Shown here in pieces: positions 62,301 through 64,000 of a stretch of 64,000 nt of DNA. Made by a program: the position numbers and the translations under genes. Numbering within the stretch: the first letter of the stretch is position 1; every line of letters starts with the position of its first letter. The stretch spans positions 8,472 through 72,471 of the forward strand of contig RHPI01003330.1 of NCBI GenBank assembly GCA_009103225.1, written 5' to 3'. Source of the stretch: Chlorokybus atmophyticus (taxonomy: Eukaryota > Plantae > Mesostigma and Chlorokybus algae). Under the pieces are notes generated by a model, which searched no databases, was not told where the DNA came from, and saw only the letters and a list, made by a program, of their open reading frames with translations.

Positions 62301-63845
62301 TCAGAAAGAATCTGTACCCCAACTCTTGTACCCTGCGAACAGGCACTTGGTTGGTCCACACAACACAACTGCGTTAATAACAACAAGCACTGAGCTCTGC
62401 ACCTGTCAAATGGTTTTTTGCGCAACACTTGCGACGTGACGTGAGTACTCCAGCAGACAACAATGAAGAATGAAAGGTCCATAACAGCAAGGATCATGGC
62501 GGCTGCTTCATGGCCTCTTTCATTAGTGCCGGCTACAGTCACACGGATAGCAGGGATCAAGTAGATGAATGGGAATGGTGACGTGTTGAAGTCCAATCCA
62601 AACTCCAAGCCAACGCGCAGAGTGTAGTAAGCGAGCACAACCAGCACTGCACGGTAGTAAGGTGCTACCGCAAGCCTCTGTTCAGTGACCCGGTAGGAGC
62701 GAATAAGAAGCATCCAGTACCTGTTAGTCATAGTGTGGGCTTTGAGACGAGTCAAGGATGATGCAACAGAGAGTTTTGGATAAAACAATGACAACAGACA
62801 CTACCATGCACACACAATATACTGAGCTGTAACAACAGCAGAACGTTGTGGCAGCCACCAAAGTGCCATTGTGTTTGAAACAGTGTGCTACACAGATGCA
62901 GAACTTTCCACCACAATCAGCGCGTAACACGGACCACTTATGATTAGGCATGCACAGTGCTACAGTGCATTGCCACGCTGGTCTCGTACACACGGTCAGG
63001 CACACTGCTCACTTACAAATAATACGTGAGTTGGCAGAAGGGCGTGAACACGTGAGCCAGCTTGCGAGTGCCGTCGACTAAACGCCAGCCATTAGCAGCG
63101 ATAAGAATTACCCCAGGAACGTTCTGGCAAAGGGTGAAGCCTCCGAGAAGAGCCATGACCCAATACTGCGCAAGTCAGCAAGGAATAACTGATCGCATAG
63201 GTTTGTCACAAGCACAGGCGGTGTTATGTGGTTGTCGTGCATGCAGGCCTGCGTGCATGTGTGTGCATGCGTTCTCGCGCGCATGTGGCCTTTCGCGTAT
63301 GTGTGTATGTACGCAAGTGCGTAGGCAACTGTGTGCACATGCAACAGTGCGCGCATGTGTGTTCTTGTGTGCATGCTCATGCGTATGTGCATGCGCCTGT
63401 GGAAGTGTACGCATACCCATGCGCATGTTTGTAGTACAAGTACATGTGCGTGTAGCTGTGCCTGTGCGCATGCATGTTGCATGCATTTGTCACATATACA
63501 CGCACGCGATGCACATCGCGAGCCCACAGGGGCATGAATCCGCACCTGTTGTGGCACTCGTTTGGATCGGTCTTCGAGCAGGATGCGCCGTGTAAATATG
63601 ACAAACAGCACCAAGATAAGCACAAAGAAGGTGAGTCGCATGGCACTGCCAAGGATGTATGCAGCGGCAGGCGCTTCCTGGCCGTTGGTCGCAAGTGCAT
63701 GGTGAGAGATGACAATGACAAAGGCGCAGTACCCCGCCGCGGTAATCACCGACAGAAACAGAAGCCATGCCAGCCTGTTCAGCTCCCGTGGAGAGATAAC
63801 CTCAAGCTTTATGCGTGGAGGTATGCGTCTTTGAAAAATATCCTC
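59380..63845 (-). CDS. Polytopic membrane protein fused to a class 3 lipase domain (5'-partial; 3' end approximate)
   Basis: Multiple hydrophobic helices, then PCFSLESA|VRAFNFSMLAY, LIVIAFRGTASLANAKVDL, nucleophile elbow ILVTGHSLGAA, VYTFGSPRVGN, RIAHARDE|VTYVP, and FEHV. Confidence 0.88.
60408..60466. other. Poly-C run followed by an assembly gap (N 60428-60466) inside the lipase gene
   Basis: Read directly from the sequence. Confidence 0.95.
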
Positions 63846-64000
63846 CTGTTAAGAAGGTGAAGTTCAAGTGACAACTGTTTACAACCTGCATATATGCTCT
63901 GGGATACCTATATATGAATATGTTAGCCAAGCACCCTGTGATGTACGCAGATGTCCCGAACACGACGCTACTCTATGAACAACGATCCGTGCCTTCAGAA

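Noticed and set aside
63062-63595. Cys/His/Val-rich ORFs here and at 15844-16206 and 42175-42587
   Set aside because: They are translations of intronic (TG/CA)-rich low-complexity sequence.

Overview
This is eukaryotic nuclear DNA from a green alga with a plastid and flagellated cells. Evidence: short GT-AG introns, plastid transit peptides and radial-spoke genes. An early-diverging streptophyte alga is my guess, not demonstrated. I reconstructed spliced gene models by hand for SYP4/syntaxin-16, a SURP/G-patch splicing factor, an F-box-like gene with an internal stop, PUS7/TruD, an orphan GT-B glycosyltransferase, argH, SUV3, homocysteine S-methyltransferase, DHQ-SDH, an mTERF, a TPR-like protein, radial spoke RSP4/6, radial spoke RSP8/RSPH14, and a 5'-partial multi-TM class 3 lipase. 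Genes alternate almost strictly (-/+) as head-to-head pairs, and several of the shared upstream regions carry palindromes or motif arrays. The most notable pair is two radial-spoke subunit genes about 0.3 kb apart with a perfect 14-bp palindrome at the midpoint. A ~14 kb island of decayed transposons (38.3-51.5 kb) holds a Plavaka/CACTA-like transposase, a chromovirus integrase/chromodomain, a MITE and an inverted repeat pair around a spliced orphan pseudogene. Several short-spacer palindromes occur; comparison with a paralogous copy suggests one is a derived fold-back insertion. There are three large assembly gaps plus a single N at 38711. All homology calls come from motif recognition by eye, and no database search was run. 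Gene coordinates include introns.
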